Assembly (NCBI GenBank): GCA_963662795.1
Contig: OY759746.1
Span: forward strand, 2,912,001-2,976,000
From: Spirochaetia bacterium
GTDB lineage: Bacteria; Spirochaetota; Spirochaetia; CADAEX01
Reading direction: 5' to 3'
Length of the DNA stretch: 64,000 nt
The notes under the pieces were generated by a model that made no database searches, was not told the origin of the DNA, and was given only the letters and a program-made list of their open reading frames with translations. Made by a program: the position numbers and the translations under genes. Positions 40,300 to 50,313 of this stretch are shown here, piece after piece (within the stretch, counting starts at the first letter, position 1; each line of letters begins with the position of its first letter).

Positions 40300-40715
40300 T
40301 TCAGATCATCTTTTTTTCCGGTAGCTCTTTAAAATAATACTGTCAGTGATAAAAAACAAGGTAACAGGCAGAATGAGAAATACAGGGTTTAAAAAAAGCT
40401 GTCTGCCTGTCTGATGAATTGAGAAGAGGGAAAAAGGGAAAAAAGAAAGGAGGGTCCCTGTCCTCCCCCTATCAGGAAAAGAAGAAAATAGTCGGAAAAC
40501 GCTGCCGGAAAGACAATGTTTGCTCCGGCAATTATCGAGGGAAGAAGAAGCGGCAGTTCCCCTTCGGAAGGCTCTTCCAGGCCTGCGAGTAGTTTAAGCA
40601 GGGTTGTTTTCCCGCTGCCTGGGGGACTGATAAAAGAGATTTATATTCCCTTTTTCAATATCAAAGGTAAGGCCCTCAAGCGCTTTCAGGGCACCGTAGT
40701 ATTTGCCCGTGTTTT
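40300..40715 (-). pseudogene. Remnant of ABC transporter: ATPase N-terminus fused to permease C-terminus
   Basis: GKYYGALKALEGLTFDIEKG, frameshift, SPPGSGKTTLLKLLAGLEEPSEG, then directly ELPLLLPSIIAGANIVF (permease-like). Confidence 0.65.
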
Positions 40716-41507
40716 TCAGACTCCTGATTTGAAAAAAGGGAGCGCTAACATCCATGGAAAGAGAAGGTGCCTCCGGTCCTCAAAGCCCCTCTGTCCTATT
40801 TTCATTTCAAGCTGTCCGTCACGGGGAGAACCGGTGTAGGACCGGAAGACATAATCCCACCACGAAAGGCTGAAGCCGTAATTGGAATCAGTTTCCTTTC
40901 TGTAGACTGAATGGTGTATCCTGTGCATATCGGGAGTAACAAGAATTTTCCGTATTATTCTGTCTGCTTTTAACGGAATATAAATATTGGCGTGATTGAA
41001 CATGGCAGCCCCGTTAAGCACAATTTCAAAGATAATTACTGATAAAGCTGATGCTCCGGTTATCCATACCGCCCCTGTCTTTATCACAAGTGAAATTATA
41101 AATTCAAACGGATGAAAACGGAGGGCTGATGAGGCGTCGAGGTCCCTTTCCGTATGGTGCATCCTGTGTATCTTCCAGAGAAATTGCACCCCGTGGAACA
41201 GGCGGTGCTGCCAGTATATAATCAGGTCAAAAAAGAGCAATGCAAGGATGAATGTGACAGGTTCCGGAAGTCTTACCAGATGGAAAAGGCCGAGCCCCCT
41301 CTCCTCAGCTGCAAGCGCTGCCGAAACAGGGATAAAAACGGGGATTACCCTTCCTGAAAGCGCTCCGAGGAATACCATGAAAAAATTGCTGGGCCAGCGT
41401 ATCCTTCTTGAAAAAAGGCGGTCTCTTCTTGGAAAAAGCGCTTCAGTACATGAGAAAAGTACAAATAAGACGATAAATGAGCCTAATCTTAAGGCATTTG
41501 CGTTCAA
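40716..41507 (-). CDS. Sterol desaturase / fatty acid hydroxylase family protein
   Basis: His boxes YWQHRLFH, HRMHH, RFHP, FNHAN and MHRIHHS; TTG start after GGGAG (ORF is open to 41603). Confidence 0.9.
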   Translation of the reverse strand: MNANALRLGSFIVLFVLFSCTEALFPRRDRLFSRRIRWPSNFFMVFLGALSGRVIPVFIPVSAALAAEERGLGLFHLVRLPEPVTFILALLFFDLIIYWQHRLFHGVQFLWKIHRMHHTERDLDASSALRFHPFEFIISLVIKTGAVWITGASALSVIIFEIVLNGAAMFNHANIYIPLKADRIIRKILVTPDMHRIHHSVYRKETDSNYGFSLSWWDYVFRSYTGSPRDGQLEMKIGQRGFEDRRHLLFPWMLALPFFKSGV

Positions 41508-41658
41508 AATTACTCCCTGATGCTGCTGCAGTTTATACAGTATCTGTCTATAGCTATTATGAAAATATGGTTTCAGATTAGTACAGGCAGGTTGGTTTGT
41601 CAAACATTGTTAAATTTTATAAGCTATTGCATTTTTTATAATTATTAATAAAAAAAAA

Positions 41659-41687
41659 TTGACAATTCATAAAATATGCTGAATAAT
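41659..41687 (+). promoter_or_regulatory. Putative sigma70 promoter of the RpiR-ABC cassette
   Basis: TTGACA-17 nt-AATAAT. Confidence 0.4.
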
Positions 41688-41747
41688 GAAGTAAATACAC
41701 CATAAATAATATTATAAAGTTAAAATAAGAAGCAGGTACAACGCATA

Positions 41748-42593
41748 ATGTTTGAAAGCATTAATAGTCTGATTGAAAAAAACAGATCTGATATGACAAG
41801 GAGTCAGTGTTCCCTGGCTGATTTTGTACTGGAAAATATCGATGATATCGGTTTTTTAACCTATTCGGAAATCAGCAGGAGGTCCGGCGTCAGTGAAGCC
41901 TCATTCATAAGATTCCTGAGGATGCTGGGGTTTAACGGTTTTGCTGATTTCAAGGAATCATTAAAAGAGCATGTCAGAAATAAAACAGCCCCGAGCATCA
42001 GGATGAAAGAAACAATTTCACAGATTAAAAAAAAGGAAAATGTTTTTAAAAACGCCCTTAATATTGACAAGGCAATGCTCAGGGAAGTCGAGGACCTCTG
42101 GTCAGAGGAAAACACGGATAAGGCTGTAAAACTTCTGAAAAATGCAAGGCGGATTTATGCCGCAGGATTCGGGATATCGCGAAGCGTAGTTGAATTCATA
42201 AGCTTCAGGTTCAATCGTCTCGGGTATTCGGTAATTCCAATGACTATAGGCGGTGCGGAAGTAGTTGAAAAATTATTTAACGCCTGCAGTAAGGATGTCA
42301 TAATTTCCATCGGGTTTTTCCGGCCTCACCGTGAAATAAGCATTATCTATAAAATAGCGGAAGAGAAAAAAATCCCGATAATCGCGCTGACTGATTCTTT
42401 CGCATCATCGCTTACCGAAGGGGCAGAGGTTGTCCTTCATGCAAGAAGAGGCCCCAGAGAGATTATAACGTCACTTGTGGCTCCCATGGCGGTTGCCAAT
42501 ATTCTAAGCCTTGCTCTTGCGATTGATGACGGCAATAAAGCGATTCATTCTTTTTCGGATCTTGAAAAAGTCAAGAATGAATTTAATTTATAA
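41748..42593 (+). CDS. MurR/RpiR family transcriptional regulator
   Basis: HTH SGVSEASFIRF..LGFNGF.DFK plus SIS domain (IYAAGFG, IIALTD). Confidence 0.92.
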   Translation: MFESINSLIEKNRSDMTRSQCSLADFVLENIDDIGFLTYSEISRRSGVSEASFIRFLRMLGFNGFADFKESLKEHVRNKTAPSIRMKETISQIKKKENVFKNALNIDKAMLREVEDLWSEENTDKAVKLLKNARRIYAAGFGISRSVVEFISFRFNRLGYSVIPMTIGGAEVVEKLFNACSKDVIISIGFFRPHREISIIYKIAEEKKIPIIALTDSFASSLTEGAEVVLHARRGPREIITSLVAPMAVANILSLALAIDDGNKAIHSFSDLEKVKNEFNL

Positions 42594-42610
42594 TTTTCAG
42601 GAGGATAATT

Positions 42611-43636
42611 ATGAAAAAAATGGGTTTTTTTACGGTGGTATTGCTGCTGTTTTTCTCTCTTGTCTGCGCTTTTGCAGGCGGCGGCAGTGAAAAAAAAGAT
42701 ACGGCAACCGGTGACAGCGGATCGCCCGGCGGCATTATTACGCTATACACGTCAGTGCCTCAGCCGATTGTTGACAGGATCCAGAATGACTTTATGAAAA
42801 AATATCCTGCCATTACACTTGATGCATTCAGATCCGGTACCAGCGCTGTAATTACCAAAATAATGACTGAAAAAGAGGCAGGACAGATTATGGGCGACCT
42901 GGTATGGGTAGCGGAACCTTCGACTTACGAGGAGTTCAAGGATCAGGGACTGCTTGTGAAATTCAATCCGCCTGAAGCCAAAAATTTGTCAAAGGAAATG
43001 GTTGACACTGACGGTTATTACTATGCCGGCAGACTTATAAATATGGTTATTGCCTATAATACGACGAAGGTAAAAGAACCGCCCAAAAGCTGGAAAGACC
43101 TCTTAAACAAAAAGTACGGTGAAGTCGGATTTCCAACACCCCTTAGATCAGGCGCCGCGCTGGCCTCTGTTGAAACTATCGTAGAAAAATACGGATGGGA
43201 ATACTTTGAAAAATTCAAGGCAATGGGAGGAAAGCAGATCCAGAGCAATTCAACTGTAAGGGATATGGTTGTAACAGGTGAGCTTGGAGTCGGAGTACTG
43301 CTTGATTATATGGTGCGCCCCCTGATGGCGAAAGGGTCCCCAATAAATTATGTATGGCCTTCTGACGGTGCGGTTTTTATACCAAGTCCCATAGCTGTTT
43401 TAAAAGACACAAAAAATCAGAAAGCTGCTGAATTGTTTGTAAATTATATTCTGTCTCCCGAAGGGCAGGAAGCAATTGTAAAGGTTGGAGATTTTTATCC
43501 TGTAAGAAAGGATGTGGCTTCCCCGGCCGGAGCGCCTGATATTAAAAACATCAAAAAACTGCCTACTGACTGGAAAGCTGTAAAAGATAATACAAAACAG
43601 ATAAACGAAAAGTGGACTGAAATTTTCGGTGAATAA
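42611..43636 (+). CDS. ABC transporter substrate-binding protein (FbpA/AfuA-like family)
   Basis: Signal peptide ending FAGG, LYTS, IAYNT, PKSWKDLL and AAELFVNYILSPEGQ. Confidence 0.9.
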   Translation: MKKMGFFTVVLLLFFSLVCAFAGGGSEKKDTATGDSGSPGGIITLYTSVPQPIVDRIQNDFMKKYPAITLDAFRSGTSAVITKIMTEKEAGQIMGDLVWVAEPSTYEEFKDQGLLVKFNPPEAKNLSKEMVDTDGYYYAGRLINMVIAYNTTKVKEPPKSWKDLLNKKYGEVGFPTPLRSGAALASVETIVEKYGWEYFEKFKAMGGKQIQSNSTVRDMVVTGELGVGVLLDYMVRPLMAKGSPINYVWPSDGAVFIPSPIAVLKDTKNQKAAELFVNYILSPEGQEAIVKVGDFYPVRKDVASPAGAPDIKNIKKLPTDWKAVKDNTKQINEKWTEIFGE

Positions 43637-43715
43637 TAATCTAACCTGATTATAAAGCAGGGCAGGAGATAATATCCCGCCCTGTATAAATAGTATTTAA
43701 TAGCAGGATTAAATA

Positions 43716-45410
43716 ATGAACATAAACAGGGGAAAAAAAATAAACAGCGGCATTGCCGTTATGCTTATTGCGTGTGTCATTCTTTTCGCTGTAGTAGTCT
43801 TTCCGCTTCTTAAAATACTGCTGCAGAGTTTTATTTATGATAAAGGAATATCTCTGCAGAATTATATTAATGCGGTATCTGATAAAAAATTCATTACAAG
43901 CCTGAGGAACAGCCTTTATATAAGTCTTTCTGCAATGGCGGGGTCAATTATTATCGGTTCGTTTTTTGCCTGGGTAATAGGAAGGACAGACATCCCGTTT
44001 AAAAAATTTTTCAGAACAGCATTTGTAATTCCTTTTATCATTCCTCCTTTTGTGGGGGCTCTGGCATGGATGCAGCTTCTGGGTCCGGTAGGGATTCTTA
44101 ATACATTATATAAATATCTTGCCGGTACCGATAAAATACTCTGGAATGTATACGGCGCAGATGGCATAATTCTTGTGCTGATCCTTCACCTTTACCCCCT
44201 TGTCTATATAAATATGCTGGGAAGCCTTGAAAGGATGAACCCGGAACTTGAAGAGGCCGCCCAGATGTCTGGTTCGAAAATATTCTCAGTAATGAGGCGG
44301 ATAACGTTGCCTCTTATGCTCCCGGCCCTTGCGTCAGGTGCTGTACTGGTATTTATAATGGCAATAGCTAATTTCGGTATTCCTGCAATACTCGGCTTTT
44401 CAGAAAATTATTATGTACTTACAACCAGGATATATGAAGCTGTGACCAGAAGTGGTTCCCCGAACAGCCTTTCCCTTGCTGCTTCAATCTCTGTGCTGCT
44501 GGGAATGGTCGCCGGTGCGGGTCTTCTGTTTCAGAGACTTTATATCAGCAAGAGAGAATACGCGGTCCTTACAGGCAAAAGCATACAGCCGAATATTATT
44601 TCACTAGGGAAGCATACCTGGTGGATATTGGGAATATGCTCGGTATCTGTATTTATAACAAGTATTGCCCCGCTGCTCTCTATTGTTCTGACATCAATCA
44701 CAAAAATATACGGGCTTCCGCCTGTTCCGTCCAACTGGACAATTGAAAATTTCTATAATGTCTTTTTCGGCAATCTTACTGTAAAGAGGGCAATAAAAAA
44801 CAGTCTCTTTCTTGCCTTTTCTGCTGCAACGATTATAAGCATCCTCGGGTCTCTAATAGCATACATAGTTGTCAAAACTAAAATAAAGGGAAGGTACGCG
44901 CTTGAAATTATATCAAATATGCCTTACGCGCTTCCCGGGACGGTTGTGGCAGTCGGGATGATTCTTGCATGGCTTAAACCGGTCCCTTTAATAGGCGTCA
45001 GGCTTTATAACACAATCTGGATACTGCTTGTTGCGTATATTGCCCGTTATCTGGCATACGGCGTCAGAACTACATCTTCATCTTTAACCCAGGTACATGA
45101 GTCTCTGGAAGAGGCGGCAAGAATTTCCGGAGCAGGCTGGCTGAGAACCTATATAGACATAATTATCCCATTAATTCTGCCGGGCCTTTTTGCAGGCTGG
45201 TTCATGGTTTTTATACCCTGCCTGAGGGAGCTTACAATCTCAGCGCTGCTCTGGTCAACAAGAAATGAAACAATCGGTGTTATGGTTTTTAATCTTCAGG
45301 ATTCAGGCAACACTGTAGCATCTGCCGCGTTATCAGTAATTATGATAAGTGTTTTAATTATTGCTAATCTTATCACAAGAAAACTTACAAAAGGGAAAGC
45401 CGGATACTGA
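43716..45410 (+). CDS. ABC transporter permease (FbpB-like, two TM domains)
   Basis: Two EEAA..SG motifs and about 12 TM helices. Confidence 0.92.
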   Translation: MNINRGKKINSGIAVMLIACVILFAVVVFPLLKILLQSFIYDKGISLQNYINAVSDKKFITSLRNSLYISLSAMAGSIIIGSFFAWVIGRTDIPFKKFFRTAFVIPFIIPPFVGALAWMQLLGPVGILNTLYKYLAGTDKILWNVYGADGIILVLILHLYPLVYINMLGSLERMNPELEEAAQMSGSKIFSVMRRITLPLMLPALASGAVLVFIMAIANFGIPAILGFSENYYVLTTRIYEAVTRSGSPNSLSLAASISVLLGMVAGAGLLFQRLYISKREYAVLTGKSIQPNIISLGKHTWWILGICSVSVFITSIAPLLSIVLTSITKIYGLPPVPSNWTIENFYNVFFGNLTVKRAIKNSLFLAFSAATIISILGSLIAYIVVKTKIKGRYALEIISNMPYALPGTVVAVGMILAWLKPVPLIGVRLYNTIWILLVAYIARYLAYGVRTTSSSLTQVHESLEEAARISGAGWLRTYIDIIIPLILPGLFAGWFMVFIPCLRELTISALLWSTRNETIGVMVFNLQDSGNTVASAALSVIMISVLIIANLITRKLTKGKAGY

Positions 45411-45438
45411 TTGCCGGGATAAGACAGGGGGATTTTTT

Positions 45439-46428
45439 ATGTCACGTGTAGTAATCAAAAAATTGAATAAAAGTTATAATGACAATCTTGTTGTCCGGGA
45501 TTTTACCATTGAAATAAATGACGGTGAATTCATTACCTTTCTCGGGCCTTCAGGATGCGGCAAGACGACTAACCTGAGAATGATCGCCGGGTTCATCCGG
45601 CCTTCCTCAGGTGAAATAATAATTGGTGATAAAACAGTATCCTGCCCTGAAAAGAACATATTTATTCAGCCGGAGGACAGAAAACTGGGTATGGTTTTTC
45701 AGTCATACGCTGTCTGGCCTCATATGAATGTTTTTAATAATATAGCGTATCCGCTTAAGATAAAAAAAGAATCCAGAAAAATAATTGAGAAAAAAGTTGA
45801 CGAGATACTTGAACTTGTTGATATGAGAGACCTGTCATTGCGGTTCCCTCATGAACTTTCAGGCGGACAGCAGCAGAGGGTAGCACTTGCGAGGGCACTT
45901 GTAATGAACCCGGAGGTGCTGCTGCTTGATGAGCCCCTTTCAAACCTTGATGCAAAGCTCAGGGAGGAAATGAGAATAGAGATAAAGGAACTGCAGAGAA
46001 AAACAGGTATTACCATAATATTTGTAACACATGATCAGCTTGAGGCCATGCTGCTTTCTGACCGTGTCGTTGTAATGGAAAAAGGAAATATTCATCAGAT
46101 TGATGATCCCGTTTCAATATACAAGAATCCTGCGGATTATTTTGTGGCTGATTTTATAGGAAATGCCAATTTTGTCAGTCCGGAATTACTTGATATTTCC
46201 GTGGCTGATAAAAAATCCACAATTATGATCAGGCCGGAAGATGTTGTTCTTAATATAAAAACAGGTAAATATGCCGCAACTGTTAAGCAGCGGCTGTTTG
46301 TCGGTGAAGGGTTCTTCTATGTTCTTGATTTCAACGGCAATGACATAAAGGTAAAAACCCATTCCAAAGAGAGCTGCAACACGGGGGATGCCGTTAAATT
46401 TGATTTTCTATATACACATGTAATTTAA
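45439..46428 (+). CDS. ABC transporter ATP-binding protein (FbpC/PotA-like)
   Basis: GPSGCGKTT, LSGGQQQR, LLLDEP, VTHD and a TOBE tail. Confidence 0.95.
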   Translation: MSRVVIKKLNKSYNDNLVVRDFTIEINDGEFITFLGPSGCGKTTNLRMIAGFIRPSSGEIIIGDKTVSCPEKNIFIQPEDRKLGMVFQSYAVWPHMNVFNNIAYPLKIKKESRKIIEKKVDEILELVDMRDLSLRFPHELSGGQQQRVALARALVMNPEVLLLDEPLSNLDAKLREEMRIEIKELQRKTGITIIFVTHDQLEAMLLSDRVVVMEKGNIHQIDDPVSIYKNPADYFVADFIGNANFVSPELLDISVADKKSTIMIRPEDVVLNIKTGKYAATVKQRLFVGEGFFYVLDFNGNDIKVKTHSKESCNTGDAVKFDFLYTHVI

Positions 46429-46446
46429 TCTGACAGGAGAAAAAGT

Positions 46447-47235
46447 ATGATGTTCGGGACAGGGACATGGTTTTATAATGATTTATCAGTTGCAGGGGCG
46501 CTTAAAAGAATAAAAAATGCCGGCCTTGATGCTGCTGAAGTGTGGATGGAGCACCTTCTCAGATCTGATGATGATACGGCAGCTGTTAAGGCGGCAGCCG
46601 GGGAGATGAATCTGGCTTTATCACTGCATGCTGCCTCGTATGACCTGAATATGACTTCGTTCAATAAAGGGATCAGGGATGAATCAAGAAAACAGACCAT
46701 CGACTCGATAATAACGGCCGGGCAGATCGGGGCAAAAACAGTCGTAATTCATCCCGGAAGGATTTCTTCTTCAAAAGGGATCAGCGCAGATTACACCAGG
46801 GAATTATATATTTTTCTTAAAGAGATAGATAAAATTGCGGATTCGGAGGGAGTTGTAATCGGGCTTGAGGTGATGGAAAAGCGGCCCAGGGAGATTCTTG
46901 TTAACCCTGAAGAAGTCATTGATCTTATGAATCAGTCATGGAAAAACCTTAAACTGACAATTGATATAGCCCATGCAAGGACTGTAATGGACCCGTCCGA
47001 ATTTATTAACAGTATCAATCATAAATGGATAAGGCATATCCATTTAAGCGACAGCAGCGCCTCCCGCCCTCATCTGCCGCTCGGAAAGGGAGATTCTGAT
47101 ATTAATAAGGCACTTAAGACGCTGTCTGAATTCTACAAGGGCGTTATTATAATTGAAGGGTATCTTCCCGGGAAAGGCGATGAAGTGATAGCTGATAACG
47201 TACGGTATCTGAAAGAAAACGGATGGATGGAATAA
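46447..47235 (+). CDS. Sugar phosphate isomerase/epimerase (xylose isomerase-like TIM barrel)
   Basis: SLHA, VIHPG, GLE, DIAHA, HIHLSD, HLPLGKG and IIE metal ligands. Confidence 0.85.
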   Translation: MMFGTGTWFYNDLSVAGALKRIKNAGLDAAEVWMEHLLRSDDDTAAVKAAAGEMNLALSLHAASYDLNMTSFNKGIRDESRKQTIDSIITAGQIGAKTVVIHPGRISSSKGISADYTRELYIFLKEIDKIADSEGVVIGLEVMEKRPREILVNPEEVIDLMNQSWKNLKLTIDIAHARTVMDPSEFINSINHKWIRHIHLSDSSASRPHLPLGKGDSDINKALKTLSEFYKGVIIIEGYLPGKGDEVIADNVRYLKENGWME

Positions 47236-47557
47236 ATAAAAAAGACACTCCCGCATAACAAAAGGTATATGCAGCCGGCAAGGGTAAAATAAAAAGGTAC
47301 ATATATTGTGTACATCTGATGATGACGCAGTTAGAGATAAAATCCGGCCGTATTAATAATTTATACTGCAATGTGAGCTTCAAAGGGTATTTTTCAGAAT
47401 CAGATTAAAACACAGTTATAAAAAAGGTTTTAACCAGCCTAAGCTGAAAATAAGTTATAAGAGGGGAAAAATCATTTATTGCATTCTGCCCCGTAAACTG
47501 CTTGAAACTGCTGTAAACCTTTTCCCCTTTTTGCTATGATTGCTGGCGGAGGCTTTT

Positions 47558-48448
47558 ATGAATACCTACCTTGACTGCATACCCTGTTTTTTCAACCAGG
47601 CACTGTTTGCATCCCGCCTTGCAGGCTGCAGTGAAAAGCAGCAGAAACAGATCCTTGACGAGGTGTCCCGCCTTGTCCCGAAACTTTCAATGACAGCCTC
47701 TCCGCCTGAAAACGCTGTCCCGGTTTACCGGATAATCAGTGAGATAAGCGGAAATCCTGACCCTTTTAATGAGATAAAAGAGAAAAGCAACAAAGCCGCA
47801 CAGGAGGTATACCCCCATCTTGTAAAGAGGGTTGAGTCATCGGATGATCCTCTTCTTGCGGCGGTGGAGACAGCAATATCAGGCAATATTATCGACTACG
47901 GAGCCAACACCAATACCGACCTGATGGAGGAAATAGAAAAAATACTTGATCAGGAGGACAGGGCTGTACACAGGGAACGGAGTGAGCTTTTTGATATTGA
48001 AGGTCTTCGAAGGGCTCTTTCATCCTCAAAGGAGCTTTTATACATAGGGGATAATGCCGGGGAGATAGTCTTTGACAGGATTCTTGTTAAGACAATCTCA
48101 GGGCTCTACCCCGGGATAAAAATCCGCTTTGCGGTAAGGGGCAGTGCTGTAATAAACGATGTTACCATGGAGGATGCCCGGTTTACCGGGATGGATGAAA
48201 TTTGTGAAGTAATTTCCAGCGGCTCATCAACTCCAGGAGCGGTTTTAAAATTCACAAGCGCTGAATTTTCAGGCCTGATTAACAATGCAGACGTTATTAT
48301 CAGCAAGGGGCAGGGGAATTACGAGGCGCTTTCCGGGAGCGGGCTTCCGGTATTTTTTCTTCTGAGGGTTAAATGCGGCACAATAGCCCGGCATATCCCT
48401 GCGGAAAAGGGTGATTTCTGCCTGCTGAAAGAAAAACGCCAGTTCTGA
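47558..48448 (+). CDS. DUF89/ARMT1-like damage-control phosphatase
   Basis: DCIPC, GNIIDYG, DNAGEIVFD, INDVT, SKGQGNYEAL and LRVKC. Confidence 0.9.
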   Translation: MNTYLDCIPCFFNQALFASRLAGCSEKQQKQILDEVSRLVPKLSMTASPPENAVPVYRIISEISGNPDPFNEIKEKSNKAAQEVYPHLVKRVESSDDPLLAAVETAISGNIIDYGANTNTDLMEEIEKILDQEDRAVHRERSELFDIEGLRRALSSSKELLYIGDNAGEIVFDRILVKTISGLYPGIKIRFAVRGSAVINDVTMEDARFTGMDEICEVISSGSSTPGAVLKFTSAEFSGLINNADVIISKGQGNYEALSGSGLPVFFLLRVKCGTIARHIPAEKGDFCLLKEKRQF

Positions 48449-48576
48449 TAAGGTTCATGCATGGTGTAATGATCTGCCGGCTGTCAGTTTAAACAGGATA
48501 ACCCATCTCTTTTTTATATCCGGAATAAATAAAAAGTTGATTAATCAGAATATTTCTATATAATCATCTTATTATT

Positions 48577-50235
48577 TTGAAAAAATTCATAAGAATATGT
48601 ATATATATATTTATTACAACTCTGTTGTTTATCTCATGCACGGTGGGAGATTTCTCTGATATTGAGCAATATCAGGATAAGTCAGGTCCTGAGATAACTT
48701 CTTATGAAATTACAAGCCCTGTTACAGCCTTTGGAGTGATATCAGGGACAAATATTGATATCACAGTCCCTTTCGGCACTGATGTGACATCGCTTGTGCC
48801 GTCAATAATTCATACAGGAAAAGATGTTAATCCGCCATCCGGCGTCGCACAGGATTTTACTTCTCCGGTAACCTATACAGTTACAGCCGACGATTTTTCA
48901 ACAACAAATTACACAGTCAGTGTAACAGTTGCCTCAGGCAGCGCAAAGGAAATTACTTCCTTTAATATCCCCTCCATCCCTGCAACCGGAGTGATATCAG
49001 GGACAAATATTGATATCACAGTCCCGTTCGGCACTGATGTGACGGCTCTTGTCCCTGCCATCACCCATACAGGGGCAAATATTAGCCCGGCAAGCGGGGT
49101 GGCTCAGAACTTTTCGGCAGCTGTTGTATATACAGTAACGGCAGCGGATACTTCAACACAGAATTATACTGTGTCGGTGACAATAGCCCCCAATACTGCG
49201 AAAGAAATTATTTCATTCGATATAACAAGCCCGGTAACTGCAAGCGGCGCTATCGCGGGACTGAATATTTCAGTCGAAGTTCCCTTCGGTACAGATGTTA
49301 CCGCGCTCGTTCCCAATATTGTCCATACAGGTGTAAGCATAAATCCGCCATCCGGCGCAGCGCAGGATTTTACCTTCCCTGTAGTTTATCTTGTAACAGC
49401 TGAGGATTCATCAATTCAGAATTATACGGTTACTGTTACAGTACTTCCCAATCCGGCTGCGACTGTTATCACATCAGCTATTGCGGGAAATCTGGCTTTA
49501 ACGGTTGATATTGCCGGGACTTCGGCTACTGCTGAAGGTAATGTCACTGATGAGGGCGGCTCTGCTGTTACAGGGCGCGGAGTTGTATATAATACTGCCC
49601 CTAATCCGACAATTTTTACAGGTACAGTCATGGCAAGCGGTTCTGGCCCCGGAGTTTTCACTGTCAATATGTCAGGGCTTACGGAAAATACTACATATTA
49701 TGTCCGTGCCTATGCTACCAACAGTGACGGAACCGCTTACGGAAACCAGGTTATTTTTAACTCAGGGTATCAGTTTTCAGCAACTGTATTCCAGGGAGGT
49801 TATGTTTTTTACAACGACGGCTCAGGCGGAGGGCTTGTGTCATCGACTGCCGATCAGAGTGCCTCCTGGGAATGGATCAATGGCGGGTCAACCCAGACAA
49901 CATTAAATGGCTCTACCCAGCAAGCTGTCGGTACAGGGCTGGCTAATACTGCTGCGATCATAGCCCAGACAGGCCATACCGGAAGCGCCGCACAGCTTTG
50001 TGATGACTATGATGACGGCACATATACTGACTGGTATCTGCCTTCCCGTGATGAACTTATTTTGATGTACGGGAAGCTTAAATTAAACCTGATCGGCGGC
50101 TTTGCAGATCTTTTTTACTGGAGTTCATCAGAAGGTGGCGCAACAACAGCATCTTGCCTTGATTTCACCAGCGGTACCCAGGGAACATTTAGTAAAGGTA
50201 ATTTTTATAATGTCAGGGCAGTCAGGAATTTTTAA
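48577..50235 (+). CDS. Lipoprotein with three DUF5018-like Ig repeats, FN3 and DUF1566 (Lcl-type C-lectin) domain
   Basis: Lipobox FISC, three VPFGTDVT..P...SG.AQ.F..V.Y.VTA repeats, TTYYVRAYATN, DWYLPSRDEL, YWSSSE and VRAVRNF. Confidence 0.85.
   Translation: MKKFIRICIYIFITTLLFISCTVGDFSDIEQYQDKSGPEITSYEITSPVTAFGVISGTNIDITVPFGTDVTSLVPSIIHTGKDVNPPSGVAQDFTSPVTYTVTADDFSTTNYTVSVTVASGSAKEITSFNIPSIPATGVISGTNIDITVPFGTDVTALVPAITHTGANISPASGVAQNFSAAVVYTVTAADTSTQNYTVSVTIAPNTAKEIISFDITSPVTASGAIAGLNISVEVPFGTDVTALVPNIVHTGVSINPPSGAAQDFTFPVVYLVTAEDSSIQNYTVTVTVLPNPAATVITSAIAGNLALTVDIAGTSATAEGNVTDEGGSAVTGRGVVYNTAPNPTIFTGTVMASGSGPGVFTVNMSGLTENTTYYVRAYATNSDGTAYGNQVIFNSGYQFSATVFQGGYVFYNDGSGGGLVSSTADQSASWEWINGGSTQTTLNGSTQQAVGTGLANTAAIIAQTGHTGSAAQLCDDYDDGTYTDWYLPSRDELILMYGKLKLNLIGGFADLFYWSSSEGGATTASCLDFTSGTQGTFSKGNFYNVRAVRNF
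48733..49043 (+). repeat. Near-identical 56-bp direct repeat (48733-48788 and 48988-49043) in Ig repeats 1 and 2
   Basis: GGAGTGATATCAGGGACAAATATTGATATCACAGTCCCNTTCGGCACTGATGTGAC occurs twice, 255 bp apart, with one mismatch. Confidence 0.85.
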
Positions 50236-50313
50236 ACCACTGAATTAAGATCAGAAAAAGATTCAGCCGGTTAAAGTCTGGTTATTAAGGGCCAATCCGG
50301 ATATAATAAAATT

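Noticed and set aside
47236-47540. Short ORFs between the TIM-barrel and DUF89 genes
   Set aside because: No recognisable motifs; treated as intergenic.
50050-50235. DUF1566 C-terminus as an active DGR variable region
   Set aside because: No reverse transcriptase or template repeat in the window, and several putative variable codons (GCA, ACA) are not of the NNY type derived from AAY.
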